From: Candidatus Dadabacteria bacterium
GTDB taxonomy: Bacteria > Desulfobacterota_D > UBA1144 > Nemesobacterales > CSP1-2
Direction of reading: 5' to 3'
Length of the DNA stretch: 64,000 bases
NCBI GenBank assembly: GCA_963805855.1
Contig: CAWDVW010000007.1
Span: 416,001-480,000, forward strand
Part shown: positions 8,952 through 18,059 of the stretch, piece by piece
Numbering within the stretch: the stretch's first letter is position 1
Layout of the letters: every line of letters starts with the position of its first letter
Made by a program: the position numbers and the translations under genes
The notes under the pieces: model-generated
The model's input: only the letters and a program-made list of their open reading frames with translations
Told to the model about the DNA's origin: nothing
Database searches by the model: none

Positions 8952-10253
8952 ATGAAACACCCCTGGGATACAAGCACACGCTTAAATTTTGAATACCACG
9001 ATAGAGATATAGAGCTCGTTTCCTGGAACAGGTTAAAGAAGATTTCGCCGCCGTCTGATCCAATGGAAAATTATGAAGATGAATCTGGATGGTGGGTAAT
9101 CTTGACTGACGGAAGAGGTAATGTGGTTTATAGACAGGTAATCCACAATCCGATTCGTATTGACAAGGAATTATTCTCGTATGGAAGGAAAGGGGGTGTT
9201 AGCTGGGAGATCCCGAATGCTGCAGAACAAAATGCGGAGTTCTCAGTTTTAGTTCCTGACATTCCAACGGCTACCCACCTCTCTCTTTACGGCAGTTTTG
9301 AAGAGGATGAAGTATCAGTGCCCTCCTGGGAAATATTGACTTTGGAACTTGGGTTGGAGGATCTTGAATTAGATATTGAAACGCTAGCGGCGCCTCGGGA
9401 TTTAGAAGAGGGAAGGCTTGTAGGGATTACAAAATTGGTCGATAATGGTTCCTCTACCGAACAATGGAACCTTGTATTGCTTTCGGAGGGATATCGAGAG
9501 AGTGAGATTCCCGATTTCCGTCAGCATTCAGAGGATTTCGTTTCAAAATTGAAAGCTACACCTCCCTTTACGGAATTATGGGATTTAATAAATGTGTACC
9601 TTGTAAATGTTGCCTCAATAGACAGCGGGATTGCGGATCCAAAAAATCCACAGGATAATCCGAGAACGTACTTCGATGCGCGTTTCTACAACTTTGCGCT
9701 GAATGACAGATTGATAGTGGCGAATCAGGATCTAGCATTGCTTGTCGTAAGACAAAACGTTCCAGAATATAATGTGGCAATGATGATAGTGAATACGAAA
9801 CTTTATGGTGGTTCAGGTGGAACAGTAGCCGTGTTTTCAGCTCATCCACAATCTGCTAAAATCGGCATTCATGAAATGGGTCACTCTGCGTTTGGATTGG
9901 CAGATGAATATGAATATGCGGGAAGCAATGGGCTGATTGGAAACCACTACTCCGGCCAGCCACGCTCAGAGTCTAATATCGCCACCTCAATCGAGCGCGC
10001 AAAGCTAAAATGGGGTCATTTGATTGATCAAGAGCTTGAAATCCCCTTTTTCCGGAATCCCAATTGTAACGACTTCAGTCCTAATCCACCTCCTCATCTA
10101 ACTGGCAAGGTGGGAGCCTTCGAGGGTGCTTTCCATCATCATTGCGGAGTTTACAGACCAGAGGCATTCTGTATTATGCGATCACTGGGTCATAAATCTT
10201 TTTGTAAGGTTTGTGCGGACAGGATAAGAAGAATTATTTCATCAAACGTTTAA
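8952..10253 (+). CDS. M64 (IgA-peptidase-like) zinc metallopeptidase with an extra N-terminal domain
   Basis: LLSEGY, YGGSG, HEMGHSAFGLADEY, GAFEGA and GVYRP..CIMRSL..FCKVC motifs. Confidence 0.9.
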   Translation: MKHPWDTSTRLNFEYHDRDIELVSWNRLKKISPPSDPMENYEDESGWWVILTDGRGNVVYRQVIHNPIRIDKELFSYGRKGGVSWEIPNAAEQNAEFSVLVPDIPTATHLSLYGSFEEDEVSVPSWEILTLELGLEDLELDIETLAAPRDLEEGRLVGITKLVDNGSSTEQWNLVLLSEGYRESEIPDFRQHSEDFVSKLKATPPFTELWDLINVYLVNVASIDSGIADPKNPQDNPRTYFDARFYNFALNDRLIVANQDLALLVVRQNVPEYNVAMMIVNTKLYGGSGGTVAVFSAHPQSAKIGIHEMGHSAFGLADEYEYAGSNGLIGNHYSGQPRSESNIATSIERAKLKWGHLIDQELEIPFFRNPNCNDFSPNPPPHLTGKVGAFEGAFHHHCGVYRPEAFCIMRSLGHKSFCKVCADRIRRIISSNV

Positions 10254-11356
10254 TTTGAGCGCCTACTACCTCTGTAGGAAATTTTATAAACTTTACCGCT
10301 TCGATCATCTGAAACATAAAGAGAACCATCCGGTCCCACTAATGCATCAACCGGCCTTCCCAAAACCTTAGTCCCCTGGAGCCAGCCCGTTGCAAAGTCC
10401 TCGATCCCCTCCGGTTTACCGTCTTTCATTCGGATACGCACAAGCTTATATCCGGTTGGGACTGACCTGTTCCAGGAACCATGATAAGCGACGAATAGGT
10501 CTCCCTTGTATTCTTCAGGAAATTGATCCGCTCCATAAAACGCGAGTCCTAGTGGAGCAGAGTGAGCCTGTAATTCAACTATCGGGGCGATGGTATTCTT
10601 GCATCTACGCGGGTCATTAAATTTAGGATCGGGAATCCCATTGCCGTAACAATACGGCCATCCATAATCCTTTCCTTCCCTAACGGTGTTTATCTCATCT
10701 GGTGGCAGATTATCCCCTAACCGGTCTCTTCCGTTGTCGCTGGCCCACATTTCCCCTCTGGCCGGATCCCAGGCCAGGCCTACGGAGTTTCTCAAACCCT
10801 CGGCAAATACCTTTCCATCACTTCCATCGGGATTGAATTGTAGAATTGCTGCTCGCCGTCTGTCTTTCTCTTCACAGACATTGCAGGAGGAGCCAATGGA
10901 TACGTACATCTTTCCATCCGGGCCAAAGGTGACTGTCCTTGTAAAGTGCCCGCCGGTAGGGAGGTTTGGAACAATTATTTCTTTCTGACCCGGTTTCGAA
11001 TTAATACCGCTATATTTATAGCGTACAATCTGATTAGTCTCACCGATATAGAGGTAACCCTTGTAAAAGACTATGCCATGCGGACGATTTAGTCCTTTCA
11101 AGAACGTAATCTTTTTATCCGATTTACCGTCTTTATCTTTATCAGGAATTGCAACGACTTCTCCTTCTCTTATGATAGTTGCAAAAAGAACACCGTCTGG
11201 ACTAAATGCCATAAATCTTGGGCTGCCGAGACCGGTGGCAAATTCTTCAATAATAAATCCTTGTGGTAGTTGGATTTTGTCGGCGAAAGAAAAAAGATCC
11301 CCGGAAAAGAACATAAAAAATAAAAATACAACCGAAGTAACAACATGGGTTCTCAT
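10250..11356 (-). CDS. PQQ-dependent sugar/sorbosone dehydrogenase family protein (periplasmic beta-propeller)
   Basis: Signal peptide; GH.TR, SIGSSCNVC, GLRN.VG, DYGWPYC, HSAPLG, HGSWNR and GRPVD motifs. Confidence 0.9.
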   Translation of the reverse strand: MRTHVVTSVVFLFFMFFSGDLFSFADKIQLPQGFIIEEFATGLGSPRFMAFSPDGVLFATIIREGEVVAIPDKDKDGKSDKKITFLKGLNRPHGIVFYKGYLYIGETNQIVRYKYSGINSKPGQKEIIVPNLPTGGHFTRTVTFGPDGKMYVSIGSSCNVCEEKDRRRAAILQFNPDGSDGKVFAEGLRNSVGLAWDPARGEMWASDNGRDRLGDNLPPDEINTVREGKDYGWPYCYGNGIPDPKFNDPRRCKNTIAPIVELQAHSAPLGLAFYGADQFPEEYKGDLFVAYHGSWNRSVPTGYKLVRIRMKDGKPEGIEDFATGWLQGTKVLGRPVDALVGPDGSLYVSDDRSGKVYKISYRGSRRSN

Positions 11357-11363
11357 GGAAACT

Positions 11364-11391
11364 ATTCTAAGGCCAACGATTTGTTTATCAA
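11364..11391 (-). promoter_or_regulatory. Putative sigma70 promoter, leaderless transcript
   Basis: TTGATA-N16-TAGAAT, then 7 nt to the ATG; no SD. Confidence 0.55.
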
Positions 11392-11406
11392 GGTTGTAAG
11401 ATTTCC

Positions 11407-11431
11407 TCGGGACTGGAAAGTCCCGACTATC
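11407..11431 (-). repeat. GATAG-type REP-like hairpin (possible terminator after lipB)
   Basis: Minus strand GATAGTCGGGACTTTCCAGTCCCGA; relatives at 63527 and 63718. Confidence 0.65.
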
Positions 11432-11443
11432 TTTTCAATTCAC

Positions 11444-12121
11444 TCAAAGGGAAAAAGAATAATCACTTGATACGTGAGGATTCATCTCGAAAACGCGTGA
11501 AAAGGATCCGATTATACTATCTTTAACCTCGGACATCTCAATATCCTTTTTATTACCTGACAGCTCTCTTATCGATGTCATTTTGATGCCCGGAATTCCG
11601 CAAGGCACTATCATCGCGAAATAAGATAAATCCGTATTCACGTTTAGAGCAAATCCATGATAGGTTGTCCATTTCTTCACACCAATTCCGATTGATGCAA
11701 TCTTTTCATCCCCCACCCAAACCCCGGTATAATCCCTTTTTCTCTCACCGGAAATGTTAAAATCGCCGAGCGCATTGATGATTACCTCTTCTATATTTCT
11801 CAAAAAGAGATGAATGTCACATTTGTGATTGTTCAGATCCAGAATCGGATAGCCGACTAATTGTCCGGGTCCATGATATGTGATGTCGCCTCCTCTGCCC
11901 ACAATTTCGAAATAGATACCACTATTCTTCAGTTCCTCGTGGTTCTTCAGGAGATTTTCCGGTTTGCCTCTTCTCCCCACTGTGAAGGTCGGAGGATGCT
12001 CTAGCAGTAAAAGAGTGTCCCCGACCTCGCCGCGCCTTATTTTGTTGAGAAGTGATATTTGGAGTTCTAGAGCCTTCTTATAATTCACTGTGCCTAGGTT
12101 GTAAACCGTTAGAACACTCAT
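11444..12121 (-). CDS. lipB: Lipoyl(octanoyl) transferase
   Basis: LLEHPP.FT.G, RGGDITYHGPGQLVGYPI, KIASIG, HGFALN and IVPCG motifs. Confidence 0.95.
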   Translation of the reverse strand: MSVLTVYNLGTVNYKKALELQISLLNKIRRGEVGDTLLLLEHPPTFTVGRRGKPENLLKNHEELKNSGIYFEIVGRGGDITYHGPGQLVGYPILDLNNHKCDIHLFLRNIEEVIINALGDFNISGERKRDYTGVWVGDEKIASIGIGVKKWTTYHGFALNVNTDLSYFAMIVPCGIPGIKMTSIRELSGNKKDIEMSEVKDSIIGSFSRVFEMNPHVSSDYSFSL

Positions 12122-12145
12122 ACGTCTAGTCTAATCAAATCCCCC

Positions 12146-12201
12146 GTCCTGCATCGACTGCACTCCTGCATCCTGTATCTTGAATCTTGCATCCTGTATC
12201 C
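12146..12201 (-). repeat. Tandem heptamer repeat (GATRCAR)n
   Basis: Minus strand GATACAG GATGCAA GATTCAA GATACAG GATGCAG GAGTGCAG TC GATGCAG immediately after the lpdA stop codon. Confidence 0.8.
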
Positions 12202-13638
12202 TTACATATTCCGGGCCCGATCTAATGCTGATAAAGCGGCCTCCATGACTGCCTCTGAAAGAGTGGGATGAGCGTGTGGTGTCAATGCAATCTCCAGTGG
12301 AGTTGCCTCCAGGGTCTGTGCAACTCCGATTTCCGCAATGAGTTCTGTTGCGCCATGACCAATAATATGGGTACCTATAATTTCACCCGTAATTGAATCT
12401 GATATTATCTTGACAAAACCATCAGTTTCACCCGTTGCAACTGCTTTCCCGGATGCTCTAAACGGGAACTTGCCAACTTTGATCTTGAGTCCTTTCTCCC
12501 TGGCTGCATCCTCCGTAATGCCGACGGATGCTATTTCTGGCTGGCAGTAAACACAGCTTGGTATCCTGTCATAACGGACCCTGTTTTCCTTCTGTCCAGA
12601 TATCAACTCAACTGTGGTGATTCCCTCTTCTGAAGCCTTGTGAGCTAGGAGAGGTGGGCCAATCACATCGCCAATTGCGTACACATTGCTGCAGGTTGTT
12701 CTATAAGAGCCATCGGTCTTTATGAATCCCTGTTCATTAAGCTCTATATTCAAATCCTTGAGCCCTAGATCATCGGAGTCTTTATAATAGCTCAACGATG
12801 TCGGGGCGGTATTAGCTACAGCCTTCCGACCAACCGCGACCAGTAGCTTTGAAGCTTCGATTACCTTTAACTCTTTACTTGATATTTGTTCAACCGTTAC
12901 ATTAAGCGAATCCTTTAACCGTTTGTAACTATTATATTTACAGTTTATTAGGACCGTTATACCGGATTTCTTGAATACCCTTTCAAGCTCCGAAGCTACT
13001 TCAGAATCCGCCCCGGGAAGTAGATGACTTTCCATCTCAATAATTGTAACCTTACTGCCAAATGAATTATATACATAGGCGAATTCCGCACCTATATAAC
13101 CTCCCCCTATGATGACAATCGATTTGGGAAAATCCTTTGACATGATTGCTTCATCACTAGTGATTACCAGCTTCCCATCTATTTCGAGTCCGGGAAGCGT
13201 CTTAGGCACAGAACCTGTAGCTATCAGCACGTTCTCAGCCTCGATCTCATTCTGGTTCTTGTTGGTGATAATTCCTATTTTATTTCTCGTTATTAATTTA
13301 CCCGTGCCCTGAAGGTGGGCGATTCCGTTTTTCTTGAAGAGAAATTCCACACCCTTACTTAAAGTGGATGAGGCTTTTCGGCTTCTATCGATAACCTTTG
13401 AATAATCAAATGCAAGCCCCTCGACATTGATTCCATAGGAGTTAGACCTCTTAAAATACTCATATATCTCGGCGCACTTGAGGATTGCTTTTGATGGAAT
13501 GCATCCCCAGTTAAGACAGACTCCCCCAGGCTTATCCCTTTCAATAACGGCAACCTTCATTCCCAATTGCGCCGCGCGAATCGCCGCAAGATAACCGCCG
13601 GGACCCGATCCTATCACCGCTAAATTATATTTTTCCAT
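12202..13638 (-). CDS. lpdA: Dihydrolipoyl dehydrogenase (E3), copy 1
   Basis: GSGPGG, GGVCLNWGCIPSK and HAHPTLSE motifs. Confidence 0.95.
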   Translation of the reverse strand: MEKYNLAVIGSGPGGYLAAIRAAQLGMKVAVIERDKPGGVCLNWGCIPSKAILKCAEIYEYFKRSNSYGINVEGLAFDYSKVIDRSRKASSTLSKGVEFLFKKNGIAHLQGTGKLITRNKIGIITNKNQNEIEAENVLIATGSVPKTLPGLEIDGKLVITSDEAIMSKDFPKSIVIIGGGYIGAEFAYVYNSFGSKVTIIEMESHLLPGADSEVASELERVFKKSGITVLINCKYNSYKRLKDSLNVTVEQISSKELKVIEASKLLVAVGRKAVANTAPTSLSYYKDSDDLGLKDLNIELNEQGFIKTDGSYRTTCSNVYAIGDVIGPPLLAHKASEEGITTVELISGQKENRVRYDRIPSCVYCQPEIASVGITEDAAREKGLKIKVGKFPFRASGKAVATGETDGFVKIISDSITGEIIGTHIIGHGATELIAEIGVAQTLEATPLEIALTPHAHPTLSEAVMEAALSALDRARNM

Positions 13639-13646
13639 GGCGTAGT

Positions 13647-13674
13647 ATTATAGCTACGGATTATTAATGGTCAA
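13647..13674 (-). promoter_or_regulatory. Putative sigma70 promoter for lpdA-lipB, leaderless
   Basis: TTGACC-N16-TATAAT, then 8 nt to the ATG; no SD. Confidence 0.65.
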
Positions 13675-13804
13675 TTATCCGCTTTTTTATTTACATTCCG
13701 TACTAGGTATAATAGGATAAAATTGAATAAATATGACGATCACTTAAGATAATAATGACCGGTACGGTTTAAGATCTCTACATTAGCTTATAAAAGGCAG
13801 TAAA

Positions 13805-16489
13805 ATGAGCCGACTTGTAGAAAAAGGTAAAGAAATTTCTCAGCACGAAGCCATCGAAACCCAAGAGTGGATTGATTCGCTTGAGCAGGTTATAAAGACC
13901 AGTACACCCGAGAGGGTCAAACGGCTGATAAAGCAACTACACATCCATGCAAAGAAAGCGGGAATCGATGCCCCGTACGCCGCGAACACACCCTATATAA
14001 ACACAATACCCGTAGACAAACAGCCCCCATTTCCAGGTAGCCGTGAAATAGAAAGGCGAATTAAGAGTCTGATTCGCTGGAATGCTATGGCTATGGTTGT
14101 CAGGGCTAACAGAATAGAAGAGGGGATTGGTGGACATATCTCTACTTACGCATCTACGGCAACACTTTTTGAGATAGGCTTCAATCATTTCTTTCGAGCT
14201 AAGGGGGAAGACCGCGAAGGCGACATTATCTATTTTCAGGGCCATGCATCTCCCGGGGTTTATGCCAGGGCATTTCTGGAGGGACGCCTTTCAATTGAAC
14301 AATTGGAAAATTTTCGAAGGGAGTTAAAACCAGGTGGAGGATTGTCATCCTATCCCCATCCATGGTTAATGCCCAATTTCTGGCAATTCCCTACAGTCTC
14401 TATGGGATTGAGTCCGATTATGGCAATCTATCAGGCACGGTTCAACCGTTATCTTGAGGATCGCGGGCTCAAGAAGCCGTCAGATGCAAAGGTGTGGTGT
14501 TTGATGGGAGACGGAGAAACAGATGAACCAGAATCTCTCGGTGCTATTACCTTAGCAGCAAGGGAGAAATTGGATAATCTGATTTTTGTGATAAATTGCA
14601 ATTTGCAAAGATTGGATGGCCCTGTTCGGGGGAATGGCAAAATAATACAGGAACTTGAGACGATCTTCAGAGGAGCGGGCTGGAACGTAATTAAGGTGAT
14701 TTGGGGAAGCGACTGGGATCCTCTCCTAGCAAAAGATCACGACGGCGTTCTTGTGAATCGCATGGAGGAAGCTGTGGATGGCGATTATCAAAAGTATATA
14801 GTTGAATCGGGTAAATACATCCGCGATCACTTTTTTGGTACTGACCCTCGGCTATTGGATCTGGTTAAAAACCTATCCGATGAACAACTCCAAAAACTTA
14901 GGCGCGGTGGGCATGATCCCGAAAAGGTATACGCGGCATTCAAGGCTGCGATGGATAATACGGGATCACCAACGGTGATCTTAGCTAAGACAATTAAGGG
15001 TTATGGTCTCGGCGAGAGCGGTGAGGGTAAAAACATAACTCATCAACAAAAGAAATTAAATGAGGAAGAGCTCAGGGAATTTCGAACCCGTTTTGGTATC
15101 CCTATCTCTGATGAAGAAGTTTCCAAAGCGCCATTCTATAAGCCCCCTGACGAAAGTCCCGAAATAAATTATCTTCATGAGAGGCGAAAGGAACTTGGCG
15201 GATACATACCTCATAGGTCTGCTAACTGCGAGCCTCTCAAGACTCCTCCTGAAAAGGTTTTCGAAGAATTTCATAAGGGATCCGGAGATAGGGGTGTTGC
15301 CACGACAATGGCGTTTGTAAGACTGCTTTCTAAGTTACTCAAAGACGAGCAGATCGGGAAATTAATAGTTCCTATTATCCCGGACGAGGCCCGTACATTT
15401 GGAATGGAGTCCCTATTCCGCCAAGTTGGTATTTACTCTCATGTTGGACAGCTATATGAGCCGGTAGATAAGGAGACCCTTCTCTACTATAGAGAGGCTT
15501 CAGATGGGCAGATTCTCGAAGAGGGCATTACGGAAGCTGGCTCAATGTCCTCATTTATCGCTGCAGGGACAGCATATTCGACTCATGGCATAAACATGAT
15601 ACCTTTCTTCGTTTTTTACTCCATGTTTGGTTTTCAAAGAATAGGTGATCTTATATGGGCTGCGGGTGACATGAGATGCCGAGGATTTTTGATAGGCGGA
15701 ACCTCCGGTCGCACAACGCTGGCTGGTGAAGGGTTGCAACACCAGGATGGGCACAGCCACGTCTTGGCATATTCTGTGCCAAACTTAAAGACCTATGATC
15801 CGGCATTTGCGTACGAGATAGCCGTAATCATAAGGGACGGCATACGTCGGATGTATGAGGAGCAACAGGATGTATTCTATTATCTGACCGTAATGAACGA
15901 ACCCTATGTTCAACCCCCGATGCCCAAAGGGGTTACGGATGGCATTTTAAAAGGGATGTACAAGTTTAGGGCATCTGCCAACAGAGAGACTAAACATCAT
16001 GCGCAGATACTCGGAAGCGGGTCGATGCTGAACGAGGCTCTTAAAGCCCAGAAGATTCTGGAAGAAAAATACGAAGTAGCCGCCGATGTTTGGAGTGTGA
16101 CTAGCTATAAGGAACTCTATAGGGATGGATTGGATGTCGAGAGGTGGAACATGTTACATCCCTCCGAGATAAATAAAATACCGTACATTACTCAATGCCT
16201 TGGTGACGCGCCAGGCGTTTTCGTTGCGGCTACAGATTACGTGAAAGCGCTACCGGATTCTATCTCGCAATGGCTTCCACGACCCCTTGTCTCGCTGGGA
16301 ACGGACGGTTATGGAAGAAGCGGTAGCCGATCTGCGCTTCGTGACTTTTTTGAAGTCGATTTTAGGTTTATAACCTTGGCGACGCTTGCTGCTCTTGCGA
16401 GAGAGAAAAAGATTCATACCGATGTAGTTCAAAATGCAATAGAAGACCTTGAAATCGAGCCAAACAAACCAAATCCAATGATTTCTTGA
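13805..16489 (+). CDS. aceE: Pyruvate dehydrogenase E1, homodimeric (E. coli-type)
   Basis: ETQEW, IRWNAMAMV, GGHIS, QGHASPG, GDGETDE..NCN and GEGLQHQDG motifs. Confidence 0.97.
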   Translation: MSRLVEKGKEISQHEAIETQEWIDSLEQVIKTSTPERVKRLIKQLHIHAKKAGIDAPYAANTPYINTIPVDKQPPFPGSREIERRIKSLIRWNAMAMVVRANRIEEGIGGHISTYASTATLFEIGFNHFFRAKGEDREGDIIYFQGHASPGVYARAFLEGRLSIEQLENFRRELKPGGGLSSYPHPWLMPNFWQFPTVSMGLSPIMAIYQARFNRYLEDRGLKKPSDAKVWCLMGDGETDEPESLGAITLAAREKLDNLIFVINCNLQRLDGPVRGNGKIIQELETIFRGAGWNVIKVIWGSDWDPLLAKDHDGVLVNRMEEAVDGDYQKYIVESGKYIRDHFFGTDPRLLDLVKNLSDEQLQKLRRGGHDPEKVYAAFKAAMDNTGSPTVILAKTIKGYGLGESGEGKNITHQQKKLNEEELREFRTRFGIPISDEEVSKAPFYKPPDESPEINYLHERRKELGGYIPHRSANCEPLKTPPEKVFEEFHKGSGDRGVATTMAFVRLLSKLLKDEQIGKLIVPIIPDEARTFGMESLFRQVGIYSHVGQLYEPVDKETLLYYREASDGQILEEGITEAGSMSSFIAAGTAYSTHGINMIPFFVFYSMFGFQRIGDLIWAAGDMRCRGFLIGGTSGRTTLAGEGLQHQDGHSHVLAYSVPNLKTYDPAFAYEIAVIIRDGIRRMYEEQQDVFYYLTVMNEPYVQPPMPKGVTDGILKGMYKFRASANRETKHHAQILGSGSMLNEALKAQKILEEKYEVAADVWSVTSYKELYRDGLDVERWNMLHPSEINKIPYITQCLGDAPGVFVAATDYVKALPDSISQWLPRPLVSLGTDGYGRSGSRSALRDFFEVDFRFITLATLAALAREKKIHTDVVQNAIEDLEIEPNKPNPMIS

Positions 16490-16505
16490 TATGGACGGAT
16501 GATCT

Positions 16506-17906
16506 ATGGTAACCGAATTCAAATTGCCTGAGCTGGGCGAAGATATTGCGACAGGAGACGTCATAAACGTTTATGTCTCTGCTGGCGACCGCGTATCGAA
16601 AGACCAGCCCATTATGGAAATTGAAACAGATAAGGCGGCGATTGAGGTTCCGGCACCCGTAAGTGGTGTCATAACTGGAGTGCACGTAAAGGAGGGGGAA
16701 ACTATAAATGTCGGACAATTATTAATTACTATAGAAGAATCCGGAGACGAAAAAATAGAGCCTGAAGTTAAAGACGAGATTCACGAAAAGGAAGAACAAT
16801 CAGCCGAAGAAAAGATCGAGGCTGAAGGGAAGAAGACTGAAGAAAAAATTGCGGAAGTGAAATCTAAAGTTGAGCCAAAAGGAAGGGACCGGGCAGAGAT
16901 TGCAGAAGAAGAATACGAAGAGGAATCGGCCTCGAGGGAAGAAGGTAAAGTCGTGGAATTTGCTCGATCGTCGCAAGCAGATGTTGCGAAAGAATCTCCG
17001 AGAAAACTCGTCCCCGCCTCACCCTCGGTTCGGAGACTGGCTCGTGAGTTGGGAGTGGATATTAATCAGGTTAAGGGTTCGGGCCCGGGGGGACGGATTT
17101 CGGAAGAGGATGTAAAACATTATGCAAGCAAAAAGGTCTCAAAAGCCGGCCCAGAAGAAATTCAAGTTGGGAAAGCTGATACATCTTTACCTGATTTTAC
17201 AAAGTGGGGAGAAATAGAGCGGAAGCAGATGTCCAAGGTAAGACGACTAACGGCAGAGCGGATGACCGCTGCCTGGCGGGCTCCTCATGTGACTCAGCAT
17301 GACAAGGCCGATATTACAGAGTTAGAGAAAACAAGGAAACTCTTTGGCAGGGAAACAGAAAAGGCCGGTGGAAAACTGACCGTGACCGCTATTCTAATCA
17401 AGGTAGTCGGCTCAGCACTTAAGATTTTCCCGCAATTCAACGCTAGCGTAGATATGACAAACAGCGAGGTTATTTACAAGAAATACTATAACATTGCTGT
17501 CGCCGTGGACACTGACAGAGGCCTTCTAGCACCCGTCATAAAGGATGTGGATAAGAAGAATTTGATTGAGCTTGCTGTAGAGCTCACCCAATTGTCTGAA
17601 AGAGCGAGAGACAAAAAAGTCTCGGTCGAGGAACTGCAGGGAGGAACTTTTACGATTAGCAATCTTGGCGGACTCGGGGGTACCTATTTTACACCAGTTA
17701 TCTATTCTCCGGATGTTGCCCTGCTTGGGGTATCGCGCTCCAAAATCGAACCGGTCTTTATTGACGACAAATTTGAACCTCGCCTCATGTTACCGCTTTC
17801 ACTATCTTATGATCACCGAATTATAGATGGGGCGGACGCGGTTCGTTTCTTACGGTGGACCGTTGAAGCCTTGGAACAGCCTTTCAAGGTCATGCTGGAG
17901 GGATGA
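16506..17906 (+). CDS. aceF: Dihydrolipoamide acetyltransferase (E2) with a single lipoyl domain
   Basis: ETDKA lipoyl site, ASPSVRRLARE E3-binding domain, YDHRIIDG. Confidence 0.95.
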   Translation: MVTEFKLPELGEDIATGDVINVYVSAGDRVSKDQPIMEIETDKAAIEVPAPVSGVITGVHVKEGETINVGQLLITIEESGDEKIEPEVKDEIHEKEEQSAEEKIEAEGKKTEEKIAEVKSKVEPKGRDRAEIAEEEYEEESASREEGKVVEFARSSQADVAKESPRKLVPASPSVRRLARELGVDINQVKGSGPGGRISEEDVKHYASKKVSKAGPEEIQVGKADTSLPDFTKWGEIERKQMSKVRRLTAERMTAAWRAPHVTQHDKADITELEKTRKLFGRETEKAGGKLTVTAILIKVVGSALKIFPQFNASVDMTNSEVIYKKYYNIAVAVDTDRGLLAPVIKDVDKKNLIELAVELTQLSERARDKKVSVEELQGGTFTISNLGGLGGTYFTPVIYSPDVALLGVSRSKIEPVFIDDKFEPRLMLPLSLSYDHRIIDGADAVRFLRWTVEALEQPFKVMLEG

Positions 17907-18059
17907 AGGGAGTTTTGCCACAAATCTTCAGCGAATTAACACAATTCTGTGAGTGAACCCTTAATTCATGAAATTCTCAATGAATAAATGAAAATCTTAT
18001 TATTAATCCTAATCTCGTGTATGCGAGTGTAACTAAGCCTGGAATGTTGGAATTAGCTT

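Noticed and set aside
17907..18045. Weak resemblance to degenerate CACGAATT-type intergenic repeats between aceF and lpdA
   Set aside because: Too degenerate to define a repeat unit.
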